Source: Ferruginibacter sp. (lineage in GTDB: Bacteria > Bacteroidota > Bacteroidia > Chitinophagales > Chitinophagaceae). From it: a DNA stretch of 64,000 nucleotides. Both the position numbers and the translations under genes were made by a program. The notes beneath the pieces were generated by a model, which was not told the origin of the DNA, ran no database searches, and saw nothing but the letters and a program-made list of their open reading frames with translations. The stretch spans positions 1,292 through 65,291 of the forward strand of contig JBBKXU010000316.1 of NCBI GenBank assembly GCA_037969645.1, written 5' to 3'. Of the stretch, positions 47,333-58,490 are shown piece by piece; position 1 is the stretch's first letter, and the number at the start of each line of letters is the position of its first letter.

Positions 47333-48997
47333 TCAGCTCACCCCAATAATCTTCCCATCAACTACATCAATATTTTTGGCGTAGGGAATTTTTGGCAAGC
47401 CCGGCATGCGCATCATTTCGCCGCAAACAGCTACAATAAAACCGGCACCCTGGTTAATCACTAAATCATCCACATCAATTTTAAAATCGCCTTCCAGTCC
47501 GCTAAGTAATGGATTGTGTGTAAATGAGTATTGCGTTTTTGCCATACACACCGGCAAATGCTCCAGTCCAAGTTGTTTTATTTTTTTGATCATGTCCTGT
47601 GCTTTTTTGTAAAGCACCACATCTGTTGCTCCGTATATAGTAGTTACAATTTTTTTAATCTTCGTTTCAATATCATCACTCAATTCGTAGGTGTGCTGCA
47701 AGGGTGGCGACGGTTGTTCACAAATATCAACCACAGCCTGCGCCATTTCCAATGCGCCGTCGCCGCCATTTGTAAATCCGTCATTCACCGCAAAAGCAAC
47801 TTCTTTTTCGGCACACCAGTTACGCAGCCAGCCAATTTCTTCTTCGGTATCAAAACCATATCGGTTAAGCACTACCAGTATTTTTTGTTTAAACGATTTA
47901 AGGATTGAAATATGTTTTTCCAAGTTTCCAACACCATTCTTCAACATATTTAAATCAGGCTGCATCATGGTTGCTGCATCAGCACCACCACTAAGTTTCA
48001 ACGCCTGCGATGTGGCAACCAATACACTCATAGCGGGCCGCAACCCAGCTTTGCGGCATTTGATGTTAAAGAATTTCTCGGCGCCAAGATCACTGGCAAA
48101 ACCAGCTTCTGTTACTACGTAATCAGCAAACTGCATGGCAGTTTTTGTAGCCATCAGCGAATTGCAACCATGGGCTATATTGGCAAAGGGACCGCCGTGT
48201 ATCATAGCCGGTGTACCTTCCAATGTTTGTACCAGGTTGGGCTGAATAGCATCTTTCAATAGCGCTGTAATGGCTCCGGTTACACCAAGATCTTTTGTGG
48301 TGAAAGGATCTCCTGCAAAAGTAAATCCCAATAAAATGGAATCAATTTTTTCACGCAGCTCTTCCAATCCTTCCGACAAACAAAGCACCGCCATTATTTC
48401 ACTGGCTGCGGTAATCACAAAACCTGTTTCGGAGGGAATACCATTACTCGGAGTATCAAGTGCTGTTACAATCTTACGCAGCGTACGATCATTGGCATCT
48501 AAACAACGTTTCCATAAAACGGTTTTAATGCCTTCGGGTTTACCTCTGTTATAAAAACGAAAATTTTCCAGCAGGGCAGCCAAAATATTATTAGCTGCGG
48601 TAATGGCATGAAAGTCGCCGGTAAAATGCAGGTTTATTTCTTCCATGGGTACAACCTGGCTGAAACCTCCACCGGCAGCGCCACCCTTCATACCAAAGCA
48701 TGGACCCAATGATGGCTCACGTAAAGCAAGCACTACGTTTTTATTCAGTTTTTTTAATCCGTCGGATAAACCAACCGATGTAGTTGTTTTGCCAATACCT
48801 GCTTTTGTTGGCGTAATAGCAGTTACCAAAATAAGTTTTGATGCAGCAATCTTTTGCTCATCAAACTCTGTAATATTTATTTTGGCTTTGTGATGACCGT
48901 AAGGAATGAGCATATCTGCAGGCACGCCCATAAGCGCTCCTATTTCTGATATCGGCTGCATTTTATTTTCCTGTGCTATTTCGTAATCTGATTTCAT
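47333..48997 (-). CDS. fhs: Formate--tetrahydrofolate ligase
   Basis: TAITPT.AG.GKTT, LREPSLGP.FG.KGGAAGGG, NLHFTGDFHAI, HGGPFANIAHG, AKTQYS and MRMPGL motifs. Confidence 0.97.
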   Translation of the reverse strand: MKSDYEIAQENKMQPISEIGALMGVPADMLIPYGHHKAKINITEFDEQKIAASKLILVTAITPTKAGIGKTTTSVGLSDGLKKLNKNVVLALREPSLGPCFGMKGGAAGGGFSQVVPMEEINLHFTGDFHAITAANNILAALLENFRFYNRGKPEGIKTVLWKRCLDANDRTLRKIVTALDTPSNGIPSETGFVITAASEIMAVLCLSEGLEELREKIDSILLGFTFAGDPFTTKDLGVTGAITALLKDAIQPNLVQTLEGTPAMIHGGPFANIAHGCNSLMATKTAMQFADYVVTEAGFASDLGAEKFFNIKCRKAGLRPAMSVLVATSQALKLSGGADAATMMQPDLNMLKNGVGNLEKHISILKSFKQKILVVLNRYGFDTEEEIGWLRNWCAEKEVAFAVNDGFTNGGDGALEMAQAVVDICEQPSPPLQHTYELSDDIETKIKKIVTTIYGATDVVLYKKAQDMIKKIKQLGLEHLPVCMAKTQYSFTHNPLLSGLEGDFKIDVDDLVINQGAGFIVAVCGEMMRMPGLPKIPYAKNIDVVDGKIIGVS

Positions 48998-49144
48998 GCT
49001 AGTTAGATTGAGTGAAAGAAGTGGTAACGAATATAATGCATGTCGAAAGATTTTTCAGCAAAATTTAAAACAACGGGTTTTCAAACCTGCACAGTCGGCA
49101 TAATGTTTTATATTGCTGCATCATAAAACAAAACCAGCCATCAA

Positions 49145-50680
49145 ATGAAAAATTTTGAAGACTTTGTAGCCGCCGCCAATTCCATTATCTGGAGTAATGC
49201 GTTGATTTATCTTTTGTTGATAACCGGTATTTATTTTTCCATCCGGATGCGTTTTTTTCAGGTGCGTCTTTTAAAAAGCATGGTTAAGGAACTGATGGGG
49301 GGCAACAAATCATCGGCAGGTATTTCTTCTTTCCAGGCTTTGGCGGTTTCATTATCAGGCAGGGTTGGCACGGGTAATATTGCTGGTGTGGCTACCGCTA
49401 TTTTTCTCGGTGGCCCTGGTGCTGTTTTCTGGATGTGGGCTGTTGCTTTCCTAGGTTCGGGTTCTGCCTTTGTAGAAAGTACTTTAGGACAAATCTTTAA
49501 AAGAAAAGAAAGAGGAGAATACCGAGGAGGTCCGGCATTTTATATTGAAAAAGGTTTTAAAAATAAAACCATTGGCAAATGGTATGCCATCATATTTGCC
49601 GTAAGCACCATTATTGCTTGCGGGTTACTATTGCCTGGTGTACAATCAAATAGTATTGCAAATGCCGTTAAAAGTGCCTTTGTTATAAAATATGAATACA
49701 CCGGAATTGTGTTGGCTCTTTTACTTGGCCTTATCATTTTTGGTGGCATTAAACTAATTGCCAACGTGGCCCAGTTTGTAGTTCCGTTTATGGCTGGTGC
49801 TTATATTTTATTAGCGGTCATCATCTTAGTAATGAACTTTGAAAAAATTCCTGGAGTTTTTTCATTGATCATGGCCAGCGCTTTTGGTGCCAAAGCAACT
49901 TTTGCCGGTATTGTTGGCGCTATGATTTCTATAGGAGTAAAACGAGGAGTGTATAGCAACGAAGCTGGACAAGGAACGGGACCTCATCCGGCTGCAGCAG
50001 CAGAAGTATCGCACCCCGCCAAACAAGGGTTGGTACAAGCTTTTTCTGTTTATATAGATACTTTGTTTGTTTGCTCTGCTACTGCATTTATGATTTTGAT
50101 TACAGGCATGTACAATGTTAAAGGAGCGGATGATAATTTACTTGTTGACAATGGTGTGTATTATATGCAGGCCGGTACTAAGCATGTGGATGGAAGTCCG
50201 ACCTATACGCAAGCCGCTATTGACAAGGCTTTCAGCGGACAGGAGACTTTTAATGCTGATTATATTGGCACAGGCAGTTATTTTATTGCCATTGCACTTT
50301 TCTTTTTTGCCTTTACCACGTTGCTGGCTTACTATTATATTGCCGAGACCAATGTGGCTTATCTCACCCAGAAACGGGGAGGGCCATTACTGATGCTCCT
50401 GCTCAAATTCGCTATTATGGCAGCCGTGTATTTTGGTTGCGTACGAACTGCTACCATCGCCTGGGATCTTGGCGATATGGGTGTAGGTATCATGGCCTGG
50501 CTAAATGTTATTGCCATTATTATTTTGCAAAAGCCGGCGTTAAGAGCGCTTAAAGATTATGAAGCACAAAAGAAAGCTGGTAAAGACCCTGTGTTTAACC
50601 CCGTTGATCTTGGTATTAAAGACGCAGATTTTTGGGAGCATGAATATGGCAAGGAAAGCGCTTCGGAAGAGAAGGCTTAA
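49145..50680 (+). CDS. Alanine/glycine:cation symporter (AGCS/AlsT family)
   Basis: GRVGTGNIAGVA, GGPGAVFWMW, GGPAFY, RGVYSNEAGQG and DTLFVCSATA motifs. Confidence 0.95.
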   Translation: MKNFEDFVAAANSIIWSNALIYLLLITGIYFSIRMRFFQVRLLKSMVKELMGGNKSSAGISSFQALAVSLSGRVGTGNIAGVATAIFLGGPGAVFWMWAVAFLGSGSAFVESTLGQIFKRKERGEYRGGPAFYIEKGFKNKTIGKWYAIIFAVSTIIACGLLLPGVQSNSIANAVKSAFVIKYEYTGIVLALLLGLIIFGGIKLIANVAQFVVPFMAGAYILLAVIILVMNFEKIPGVFSLIMASAFGAKATFAGIVGAMISIGVKRGVYSNEAGQGTGPHPAAAAEVSHPAKQGLVQAFSVYIDTLFVCSATAFMILITGMYNVKGADDNLLVDNGVYYMQAGTKHVDGSPTYTQAAIDKAFSGQETFNADYIGTGSYFIAIALFFFAFTTLLAYYYIAETNVAYLTQKRGGPLLMLLLKFAIMAAVYFGCVRTATIAWDLGDMGVGIMAWLNVIAIIILQKPALRALKDYEAQKKAGKDPVFNPVDLGIKDADFWEHEYGKESASEEKA

Positions 50681-50693
50681 TTATATTAATATA

Positions 50694-50731
50694 CAAAAAG
50701 AGTTGATCTTTAAAAAGGTCAACTCTTTTTG
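50694..50731. terminator. Bidirectional terminator hairpin
   Basis: CAAAAAGAGTTGA..TCAACTCTTTTTG between convergent genes. Confidence 0.8.
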
Positions 50732-52380
50732 TTTTCCAGAATTGCATATTTTATCATTATCTCTTCAACAAATATTCTAATCTCTGCAAACTGCAGTAAT
50801 GCTTTTATGTATGCCTCTTCTTTGCCTATTGCTTTCAACTCAAATAATTTTTTGAATGCCCTTTTTAATGGGCTGCTACTCTTCAGTTCTTTTTCGTTAC
50901 TCAATAATAATACGGCCCAGTTCTTTAGAACAAAATTCATATTGTATTCAAGATAGTTTTCTATTTGCAGAATTGTCGCAAGTTTTTTCACGCTGTCTTT
51001 TTCGGCAGGAAGACGATTGCCTTTGTGTTTTTTAATAAGAATGGCAGCGTAGGCAAGGCTCAGGTCTGTTGCATCAAAACGCACTGCTGTTTTCTTTAGC
51101 ATCAATTCCATTCTTGAATCTGCCAATGTTTTTAAAACAGATGCAGGGCTTCGGTATTTTTTGTCGGCTTTAATTTTGAGTGCTTCTACAGCTGCCAGTT
51201 CCTGCTGCTCTTTTTTTAACGGGCGAAACCCTGCATTATAATATATCCAGAATGCGCCCGACTGAATTCCATCGTAGTTTGCTTTTCCTAACTGGTACGG
51301 ATCAACAGTAAATCTTTTTAAAGCATAAGTTTTTGCATGCAGTTGCAGCACCTGGTCAAAAATATATTTTGCTTCGCCGCCACGGTAATCAGCAAAAACA
51401 TTCAAGCCTATTCGGGCACTATCAAACAATATCCATGAACCTGCGTATGCAACAGGCAACCCGTTTTTAAAAACCAGGTAACCCATATAACTGTCAACTG
51501 GGTGACGGTGTTGAGGCACCATACCTGTTAAGGCAATTGAAATTCCCCTGTCAAGTAGGTAAAAAGAAACACGACTTGAATCTGTAAAACTGATGGGGTT
51601 AAGCTCCCGGAGTTTACGCACCAATATCATTCTGCTGCAGTCAACAATCTGTTTAGCCTCATTTCCTGATAATTTTATTTGTTTAGGTATTTGAAAAGGT
51701 TGCTCCTTTATCTCTTTACGAATAAGTGAGCGATGATAATAAGCATGTATCAGTGATTTCGGCAGGCAGCAATGCGTTGAAAAATTTATTTCTGCATTGA
51801 TGCCGATGGAATTCCAGAGTTCTTCTTTTACTTCGGGGCGTAATTCACTGCTGTCGAAAATGGCAATGAACTGGTCAAGCAGATCTTCATCTTCATTTTT
51901 TATTTTTTTCAACCAACCTTTCCATTCCGCATTCTCATCCTGCATAATCTCAGACTCTATTTTCGGCATCACAACCGAAAGAACTGATTGTATTTTAGCA
52001 TCATCCGCTTCAAAACCATTTAATGCAATATCATCGGGTCGGGTTCTTCTAAGCCATTTTACCAGTTCAAAGCTAAACGCAGCACAAAGTTTGGTGCCGG
52101 TAATACCTGTGTTGTATAAAAAATATTGCAAGTTTTCATTTGTCTGTATATGCAATTGTAATTCCTGCAGCAACCTGTTGGCGCTTATATAAATAGTTTT
52201 ATTATCGGGATAAGCAGCCAGAAATAACAAAAGGCTGTACAACTCCTCTGCTTTCTTCTTGCTTTTAATATTTTTTATGCTGATTTTATTAAGCAATTGT
52301 ATTTTCCTCGCTGCGGCTTCCTTACCGTATTGGTTGCGGATAGAAACCAGTTGAGTTATTTGGTCGGTTGAATTGCTCAT
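50719..52380 (-). CDS. Large cytoplasmic hypothetical protein with a GNAT-like central/C-terminal region
   Basis: GYLVFKNGLPVAYAG...NVFADYRGGEA...GAFWIYYNAGFRP. Start MSNSTDQ at 52380. Confidence 0.8.
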   Translation of the reverse strand: MSNSTDQITQLVSIRNQYGKEAAARKIQLLNKISIKNIKSKKKAEELYSLLLFLAAYPDNKTIYISANRLLQELQLHIQTNENLQYFLYNTGITGTKLCAAFSFELVKWLRRTRPDDIALNGFEADDAKIQSVLSVVMPKIESEIMQDENAEWKGWLKKIKNEDEDLLDQFIAIFDSSELRPEVKEELWNSIGINAEINFSTHCCLPKSLIHAYYHRSLIRKEIKEQPFQIPKQIKLSGNEAKQIVDCSRMILVRKLRELNPISFTDSSRVSFYLLDRGISIALTGMVPQHRHPVDSYMGYLVFKNGLPVAYAGSWILFDSARIGLNVFADYRGGEAKYIFDQVLQLHAKTYALKRFTVDPYQLGKANYDGIQSGAFWIYYNAGFRPLKKEQQELAAVEALKIKADKKYRSPASVLKTLADSRMELMLKKTAVRFDATDLSLAYAAILIKKHKGNRLPAEKDSVKKLATILQIENYLEYNMNFVLKNWAVLLLSNEKELKSSSPLKRAFKKLFELKAIGKEEAYIKALLQFAEIRIFVEEIMIKYAILENKKS

Positions 52381-52453
52381 TTTATCACAGTTTGCCTGCA
52401 AGGTATTTTATCAATTAATGAAAGTTAGTTCATTTATTATTTAGCTTTATACA

Positions 52454-52897
52454 ATGAAAAAATTACCCCTCTTTCTTTTTTCTTTCCTGATGCTTGTATT
52501 GGTTGCGAACGCACAAACAAATGCAGCTTCGGACAGCAGCTTACTGCTTCTCCTTAACCAGCAAATAGATAACTACGTGGTACAGGCCAATAAAAAAGCA
52601 TTGGATAAATTATATGCCGATGATTTCGTCTTCAGCCATGGCTCGGGCCGGGTTGAAGGAAAAACCGGGTGGTTTAAATCGGTCGCCAAAGGAAGTTTTG
52701 CATCACGTCAACACGATTCGGTGACAGTTGAACTGCATGCCGGCATTGCTATTTTAAAAGGAATGCTCTCTGTAACTAAGAAGACTGAAAAAGGAAACAA
52801 CAAGTATCATTTAAAATATGTCAGAGTATATACATTAAGAGATAAGCAGTGGCAGATGATATCGCATCTTACATACTGGGAGAATCATGAGCTTTGA
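52454..52897 (+). CDS. NTF2-like DUF4440 protein, exported
   Basis: Signal peptide, LDKLYADDFVFSHGSG..EGK and YVRVY...QWQM. Confidence 0.88.
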   Translation: MKKLPLFLFSFLMLVLVANAQTNAASDSSLLLLLNQQIDNYVVQANKKALDKLYADDFVFSHGSGRVEGKTGWFKSVAKGSFASRQHDSVTVELHAGIAILKGMLSVTKKTEKGNNKYHLKYVRVYTLRDKQWQMISHLTYWENHEL

Positions 52898-52985
52898 TAT
52901 TTCTAATTCGTTTTTTATTAGATAGCCAATAACGATCATTATCTACCGCTTTGCTTTAGAGTCCCAAATCCATTATCTTACTAAC

Positions 52986-53546
52986 ATGCTACGCCTTTTT
53001 TTAAAACTATACTGGAAGATTTTTGGCTGGAAACTATCCAAAGAATTTCCCCGTCAATACAAAAGTGTAGTACTTGCCGTTGCGCCACATACGCATTGGT
53101 TCGATGTAATGGTAGGCTTTGCGGCCCGAAACGCCATGCAAATCCATCATGCGAAGTTTTTAGCAAAAAAAGAGTTGTTTGTTTGGCCGCTGGGTTGGAT
53201 TTTAAAAAGAATGGGCGGCACGCCCGTTGACCGTTCGGCTAAACTCGGAATGGTTGATCAGGCTGTCGCTTTATTTAAGGCCGACGAAAATTTCATGTTG
53301 GGCTTGTCGCCCGAAGGAACCCGCAAACGGGTGGACACTTTAAAAACCGGTTTTTATCATATTGCCAAAAAAGCAGGCGTGCCTATTATACCTGTCGGTT
53401 TCGACTATAGAAATAAAGTAGTAATCATTGGTGATGCTTTTTTTTGCAGTGATGATGAAAATGCTGACATCAAAAAACTCATTTTGTTTTATGCCGGCAT
53501 AACCGGTAAAAACCCTGGCCTCGACCTTAGGCACCTGAGCAAATAA
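52986..53546 (+). CDS. 1-acyl-sn-glycerol-3-phosphate acyltransferase (PlsC family)
   Basis: APHTHWFD (HX4D), GG.PVDR, SPEGTR and KTGFY.IA motifs. Confidence 0.92.
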   Translation: MLRLFLKLYWKIFGWKLSKEFPRQYKSVVLAVAPHTHWFDVMVGFAARNAMQIHHAKFLAKKELFVWPLGWILKRMGGTPVDRSAKLGMVDQAVALFKADENFMLGLSPEGTRKRVDTLKTGFYHIAKKAGVPIIPVGFDYRNKVVIIGDAFFCSDDENADIKKLILFYAGITGKNPGLDLRHLSK

Positions 53547-53787
53547 GAGAGAAAATGTAAATTACATTTTGTAGTCTCCTGAAAATAGCTTATAATGTAG
53601 GTATTAAGACTATGACAACAACAACAATCACAAGAATTACCATTCTCTTCTAACTCGCTCAATCTATTACAGGTTCAGACAATAGACTATTCTGTCTATT
53701 TATTTTACTGATTTATGTATTAAGCAAAAACATTCTCCCTTTAGGGATACTATATATTTATTATTCACATTAAAAAAACAAATTATT

Positions 53788-54042
53788 ATGAGTTACAAAA
53801 AAACAATGATCGGATTTGCAGCAGGAGCTGCCATAGGTGCTTTAGCAGGAATTTTATTTGCTCCGCAAAAAGGTTCTAAAACCAGGAAAGACATTGCTAA
53901 CAAAGCAGGAGACTTAACTGATTCAGTTAAATCATCGTTCGGCAATATGATTGATGGATTCAAGAATATGTATACATCAGACAGTAAAGAAGCGCCTGCA
54001 ACAAAAGAAGTAAAGGCGAGTAAAGAACACTCTTTATCCTAA
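53788..54042 (+). CDS. YtxH domain protein
   Basis: GAAIGALAGILFAP.KG..TR signature. Confidence 0.92.
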   Translation: MSYKKTMIGFAAGAAIGALAGILFAPQKGSKTRKDIANKAGDLTDSVKSSFGNMIDGFKNMYTSDSKEAPATKEVKASKEHSLS

Positions 54043-54068
54043 ACCAAATTAATTAAATCAATATAAAT

Positions 54069-54410
54069 ATGCAGTCCACATTAAAACATATTGAGGAATT
54101 TGTTGCGAAGGCCGGCCAACTGGCCGAAACAAAGGTTGACATACTTTCTTTGAAAGCAACAAGAAAAGCGTCTGTAGCGATCTCCGATATTTTAAGCAAA
54201 CTAATACTTGCTGCCATCGCATTTCTTGTACTTGCGATGCTAAGTATAGGAGCCTCATTATGGCTGGGCAGTATCCTAGCTAATACTGCTGCCGGATTTT
54301 TCACCGTTGCTGCTTTTTACCTGTTGGTTGGTTTTATTTTATATATGTTACGCAACAGTATTTTTATAACGCCGCTGCGAAATTATATCATTCAAAAAAT
54401 AACCCTATAA
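54069..54410 (+). CDS. Phage-holin-like (YqjE/holin_3_6-type) 2-TM protein
   Basis: Two TM segments; typical second gene of YtxH operons. Confidence 0.75.
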   Translation: MQSTLKHIEEFVAKAGQLAETKVDILSLKATRKASVAISDILSKLILAAIAFLVLAMLSIGASLWLGSILANTAAGFFTVAAFYLLVGFILYMLRNSIFITPLRNYIIQKITL

Positions 54411-54751
54411 TGACAGGTCAAATAAAAAATATCAGCGATCTGGATAAAAGGCTTGCAGAACTCGAACAAATTGAAGCCGAGCAGAAGGAGGGTTTGCGCA
54501 ACTGTGGCAAAAGTATAGGCGCCAGTTTTGCACCATTCAACATGTTTAAAATGGCAATTAAAGGCGTACGTACCAGCCCGCCAATATCAGGGGCGGTTTT
54601 AGCCGAAACTGCAGTTATTGCCGGCACAGCAATTGCTGAAAAAGTTTTTGGCAAAGAAAAATTTGATAAAATTCAAAAAATTACAGCACCTTTTGTGCGA
54701 ATAGCATTAGGCAATCTGATAAAAACAAAAAAACAAGAACCCGTTAATTAA
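54410..54751 (+). CDS. Hypothetical protein, translationally coupled (TAATG overlap)
   Basis: I....DL....AELE coiled N-terminus; third gene of the YtxH operon. Confidence 0.75.
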   Translation: MTGQIKNISDLDKRLAELEQIEAEQKEGLRNCGKSIGASFAPFNMFKMAIKGVRTSPPISGAVLAETAVIAGTAIAEKVFGKEKFDKIQKITAPFVRIALGNLIKTKKQEPVN

Positions 54752-54773
54752 GAATTTTTAATGTCGGATAATT

Positions 54774-54811
54774 AAGGGCAGGTACAAAAATTTTGTATCT
54801 GCTCTTTTTTT
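54774..54811 (+). terminator. Intrinsic terminator after the YtxH operon
   Basis: AAGGGCAGGTACAAAA..TTTTGTATCTGCTCTT hairpin followed by a U tract. Confidence 0.8.
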
Positions 54812-54892
54812 GTTAACAAATAACCTGTTGAGTACTGGCTGCATATCAGATATGTTTTTAAGTTTCAGTAACTTACAATAAAATATTTCTAC

Positions 54893-55384
54893 ATGCCCAA
54901 AAGCGATACAACCTATATTATAAAAGTAAATGAATTTGAGTTTTCTTTTTCATCTGAGGATTCCGATGCGGCAGATCTTATAAAAGTCTCCCCGGGATCA
55001 TTTAATCTTTTAAAAGACAACCATCCTGTTCAAGTAAACATTTTAGAAACTGGTCTATCGGCTAAGCAACTTATTGCCGATGTGGATGGTGAAATCTTCC
55101 ACATCAGCATCAAGGATGAACTGGATCAGATGATTGACAAGATGGGATTTAATACAGTTTCCAAAAAACAAATCAAAGAAATTAAAGCACCCATGCCCGG
55201 ACTGGTTTTGGAAATAAATGTTATCGAAGGACAGGAGCTGCAGGAAGGAGATAAAATTCTGATTCTGGAAGCGATGAAGATGGAGAACAGCATACTTATA
55301 CACACCACAGCTAAAATAAAAAAGATAGCGGTGAAAAAGGGTCAGGCGGTGGAAAAAGGCCAAGTGCTGATAGAATTGGAATAA
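54893..55384 (+). CDS. Biotin carboxyl carrier protein (biotinyl domain)
   Basis: KAPMPG and LEAMKMEN biotinylation motif. Confidence 0.95.
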   Translation: MPKSDTTYIIKVNEFEFSFSSEDSDAADLIKVSPGSFNLLKDNHPVQVNILETGLSAKQLIADVDGEIFHISIKDELDQMIDKMGFNTVSKKQIKEIKAPMPGLVLEINVIEGQELQEGDKILILEAMKMENSILIHTTAKIKKIAVKKGQAVEKGQVLIELE

Positions 55385-55431
55385 TAAATTAAAATTCGAT
55401 TCTAACTCATTCCAAAAACAAAGACAACAAC

Positions 55432-56904
55432 ATGCAAAAAATATTAGTGGCCAACCGGGGAGAAATTGCTCTACGCATCATGCATACCATTCGAAAAATG
55501 GGCATCAAATCAGTCGCAGTATTTTCTGATGCCGACCGTAATTCGCCGCATGTTTTATATGCTGATGAGGCAGTTTGTTTAGGTGCGCCGCCATCAAATC
55601 AATCTTACTTAAATGCTGATAAAATAATTTCATTCGCAAAAGAACTTGCTGTAGATGGCATTCATCCCGGCTATGGTTTTTTAAGTGAGAATGCGGAGTT
55701 TGCCCAGAAAGCAGAAGACGCAGGCATTACATTTATCGGCCCGGGTCCCGATGCCATGCGGGTTATGGGTTCTAAGCTGGCTGCAAAAGCTTGTGTAAAA
55801 AAATACAATATCCCCATGGTGCCCGGCATTGACGAAGCCATTGAAGATGTTGATATGGCTATCGGCATTGCAAAAAAAATCGGTTATCCGGTATTAATCA
55901 AAGCTTCGGCAGGAGGCGGCGGTAAAGGCATGCGTGTTGTAGATAAAGAAGAAAATCTTGCTGAACAGATGGAAAGAGCCATCAGTGAAGCACAATCTTC
56001 ATTTGGCGACGGGTCCGTATTTATCGAAAAATATGTGGCTTCACCTCGCCATATTGAGATACAGGTACTGGCTGATAAATTTGGCAACACCGTTCATTTA
56101 TTCGAGCGGGAATGCAGTATTCAACGAAGGCACCAAAAAGTGGTGGAAGAATCTCCGTCATCCATACTTACGCCTGAGCTACGTAAAAAAATGGGCGAGG
56201 CAGCTGTGATGGTAGCCAAATCCTGTAATTATATCAGCACCGGCACTGTTGAGTTTTTAATGGATGAAAAATTGAATTTTTATTTCCTGGAAATGAATAC
56301 CCGGCTGCAGGTTGAGCATCCTGTTACAGAGATGATTACTGGAATTGACCTGGTGGAAGAACAAATCAATATTGCCAGAGGAGAGCCGTTAAGATTCACG
56401 CAGGATGACATAAAAATAAATGGCAATGCGCTGGAGCTAAGGGTTTATGCTGAGGACCCGATGAATAATTTTCTTCCTTCTATCGGTACATTATCTACTT
56501 ATAAAAAACCAACAGGAGATGGTATACGTGTTGATGATGGTTATGAAGAAGGTATGGCCATCCCTATTTATTATGACCCCATGATCTCTAAACTGGTTAC
56601 ACATGCTAAAAACAGAACAGAAGCCATACAAAAAATGCGTACAGCCATTAAAGACTATAAAATTGAAGGCGTAAAAACAACACTTCCCTTTGGAAGTTTT
56701 GTGATGGAGCATGAAGCATTTTTGTCCGGAATGTTTGATACACATTTTGTAAGAGATTATTACACACCAGAAAAAATTCTGGAAATGCAAAAATCCAAGG
56801 CTGCTGCTGCTGGTATCGTTGCTTTAAGATACTGGCTGGATCAGCAACATATTGAAAGACCGGTTGAAAACAGATCAACCAGCTGGAAACGCAGGTTGTC
56901 ATAA
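55432..56904 (+). CDS. accC: Biotin carboxylase
   Basis: [40 protein letters not shown] and [10 protein letters not shown] motifs. Confidence 0.95.
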   Translation: MQKILVANRGEIALRIMHTIRKMGIKSVAVFSDADRNSPHVLYADEAVCLGAPPSNQSYLNADKIISFAKELAVDGIHPGYGFLSENAEFAQKAEDAGITFIGPGPDAMRVMGSKLAAKACVKKYNIPMVPGIDEAIEDVDMAIGIAKKIGYPVLIKASAGGGGKGMRVVDKEENLAEQMERAISEAQSSFGDGSVFIEKYVASPRHIEIQVLADKFGNTVHLFERECSIQRRHQKVVEESPSSILTPELRKKMGEAAVMVAKSCNYISTGTVEFLMDEKLNFYFLEMNTRLQVEHPVTEMITGIDLVEEQINIARGEPLRFTQDDIKINGNALELRVYAEDPMNNFLPSIGTLSTYKKPTGDGIRVDDGYEEGMAIPIYYDPMISKLVTHAKNRTEAIQKMRTAIKDYKIEGVKTTLPFGSFVMEHEAFLSGMFDTHFVRDYYTPEKILEMQKSKAAAAGIVALRYWLDQQHIERPVENRSTSWKRRLS

Positions 56905-56935
56905 TTATTTCAATATCATCATTAATAAAAAAACC

Positions 56936-58477
56936 ATGAAATCGAAAGTTGATATACTGAGAAAAAAACTGGCAGAAGGAAAAGAAGGAGGAGGAAAAGC
57001 AAGGAATGACACGCAACATAAAAAAGGAAAACTCACAGCCAGAGAACGCATAACGCTATTGATGGACCCAGGCTCATTTGAGGAAATAGGCGCATTGGTG
57101 CTGCATCGAACCAAAGATTTTGGAATGGAAGACCAGCAGTTTTATGGCGACGGTGTTATTACCGGCTATGGAACAGTTAACAGCCGGTTGATCTATGTTT
57201 ATGCCCAGGACTTTACTGTTTTTGGTGGCGCACTTTCCGAAACACATGCCGAAAAAATTTGTAAGATTATGGACCTGGCTATGAAGACCGGCGCACCGGT
57301 AATAGGTTTGAATGATTCGGGTGGCGCCCGTATTCAGGAAGGCGTTCGTTCATTAGGCGGCTATGCCGATATTTTTTACAGGAACACGCTTAGCTCAGGC
57401 GTGATTCCACAAATTTCTGTTATCATGGGACCCTGTGCTGGTGGCGCAGTTTACTCACCTGCGATAACTGATTTTACGATTATGGTAGAGCAATCGAGTT
57501 ATATGTTTGTAACCGGCCCCAATGTGGTTAAAACAGTTACCAATGAAGATGTAAGTTCCGAAGATCTGGGCGGAGCAAGTACACATTCAACCAAATCGGG
57601 CGTAACACATTTAACTGCCGAAAATGATATGGATGCTCTCAACCGTTTAAAAATATTATTAAGTTATATCCCGCAGAATTGCGAAGATGTGGTTCCAAAA
57701 ATCCCCTACACAATAACCGATGAAACAAGAGAAGAACTGGAGCAGATCATTCCCGAGAGCATCAATCAACCCTACGATATTCGTGACGTGATAAAAGCTG
57801 TGTGTGACGGAGACTCCTTTTTTGAAATACATAAAGACTATGCAGAAAACATTGTTGTAGGTTTTGCCCGGCTGGCCGGCAGAAGCATTGGTATTGTTGC
57901 CAACCAGCCGATGATACTTGCAGGCGTGTTGGATATTAAAAGTTCTGTAAAAGGCGCCAGGTTTACCCGTTTTTGCGATTGTTTTAATATTCCATTGTTA
58001 GTCTTGGTAGATGTTCCGGGTTTTCTGCCGGGTACCGACCAGGAATGGAACGGCATTATCACCAACGGAGCAAAACTCCTGTATGCATTTAGCGAAGCAA
58101 CCGTACCACGTGTAACCGTAATAACAAGAAAAGCATATGGCGGCGCCTATGATGTAATGAACTCCAAACATATTGGTGCAGATATGAATTTTGCCTGGCC
58201 CACTGCAGAAATTGCTGTGATGGGTGCCAAGGGAGCCAGTGAAATTATTTTCAAAAAAGAAATTGCTGCTGCAGAAGATCCTGAAAAAAAGCTGGCCGAA
58301 AAAGAAAGGGAATATGCTGAAAAATTTGCCACGCCTTACCTGGCAGCAGAAAGAGGTTTTATTGATGAAGTGATTGAACCCCGGGAAACCAGAAAAAAAC
58401 TGATTAAAGCGTTTGCCATGCTTGAAAACAAAGTGGCCAAACGGCCCAGGAAAAAACATGGAAATATTCCTTTGTAA
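56936..58477 (+). CDS. pccB: Acyl-CoA carboxylase beta (carboxyltransferase) subunit, propionyl-CoA carboxylase-like
   Basis: [46 protein letters not shown] and KKHGNIPL. Start at 56936; substrate specificity is inferred. Confidence 0.88.
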   Translation: MKSKVDILRKKLAEGKEGGGKARNDTQHKKGKLTARERITLLMDPGSFEEIGALVLHRTKDFGMEDQQFYGDGVITGYGTVNSRLIYVYAQDFTVFGGALSETHAEKICKIMDLAMKTGAPVIGLNDSGGARIQEGVRSLGGYADIFYRNTLSSGVIPQISVIMGPCAGGAVYSPAITDFTIMVEQSSYMFVTGPNVVKTVTNEDVSSEDLGGASTHSTKSGVTHLTAENDMDALNRLKILLSYIPQNCEDVVPKIPYTITDETREELEQIIPESINQPYDIRDVIKAVCDGDSFFEIHKDYAENIVVGFARLAGRSIGIVANQPMILAGVLDIKSSVKGARFTRFCDCFNIPLLVLVDVPGFLPGTDQEWNGIITNGAKLLYAFSEATVPRVTVITRKAYGGAYDVMNSKHIGADMNFAWPTAEIAVMGAKGASEIIFKKEIAAAEDPEKKLAEKEREYAEKFATPYLAAERGFIDEVIEPRETRKKLIKAFAMLENKVAKRPRKKHGNIPL

Positions 58478-58490
58478 AATTCAGAGGAGA

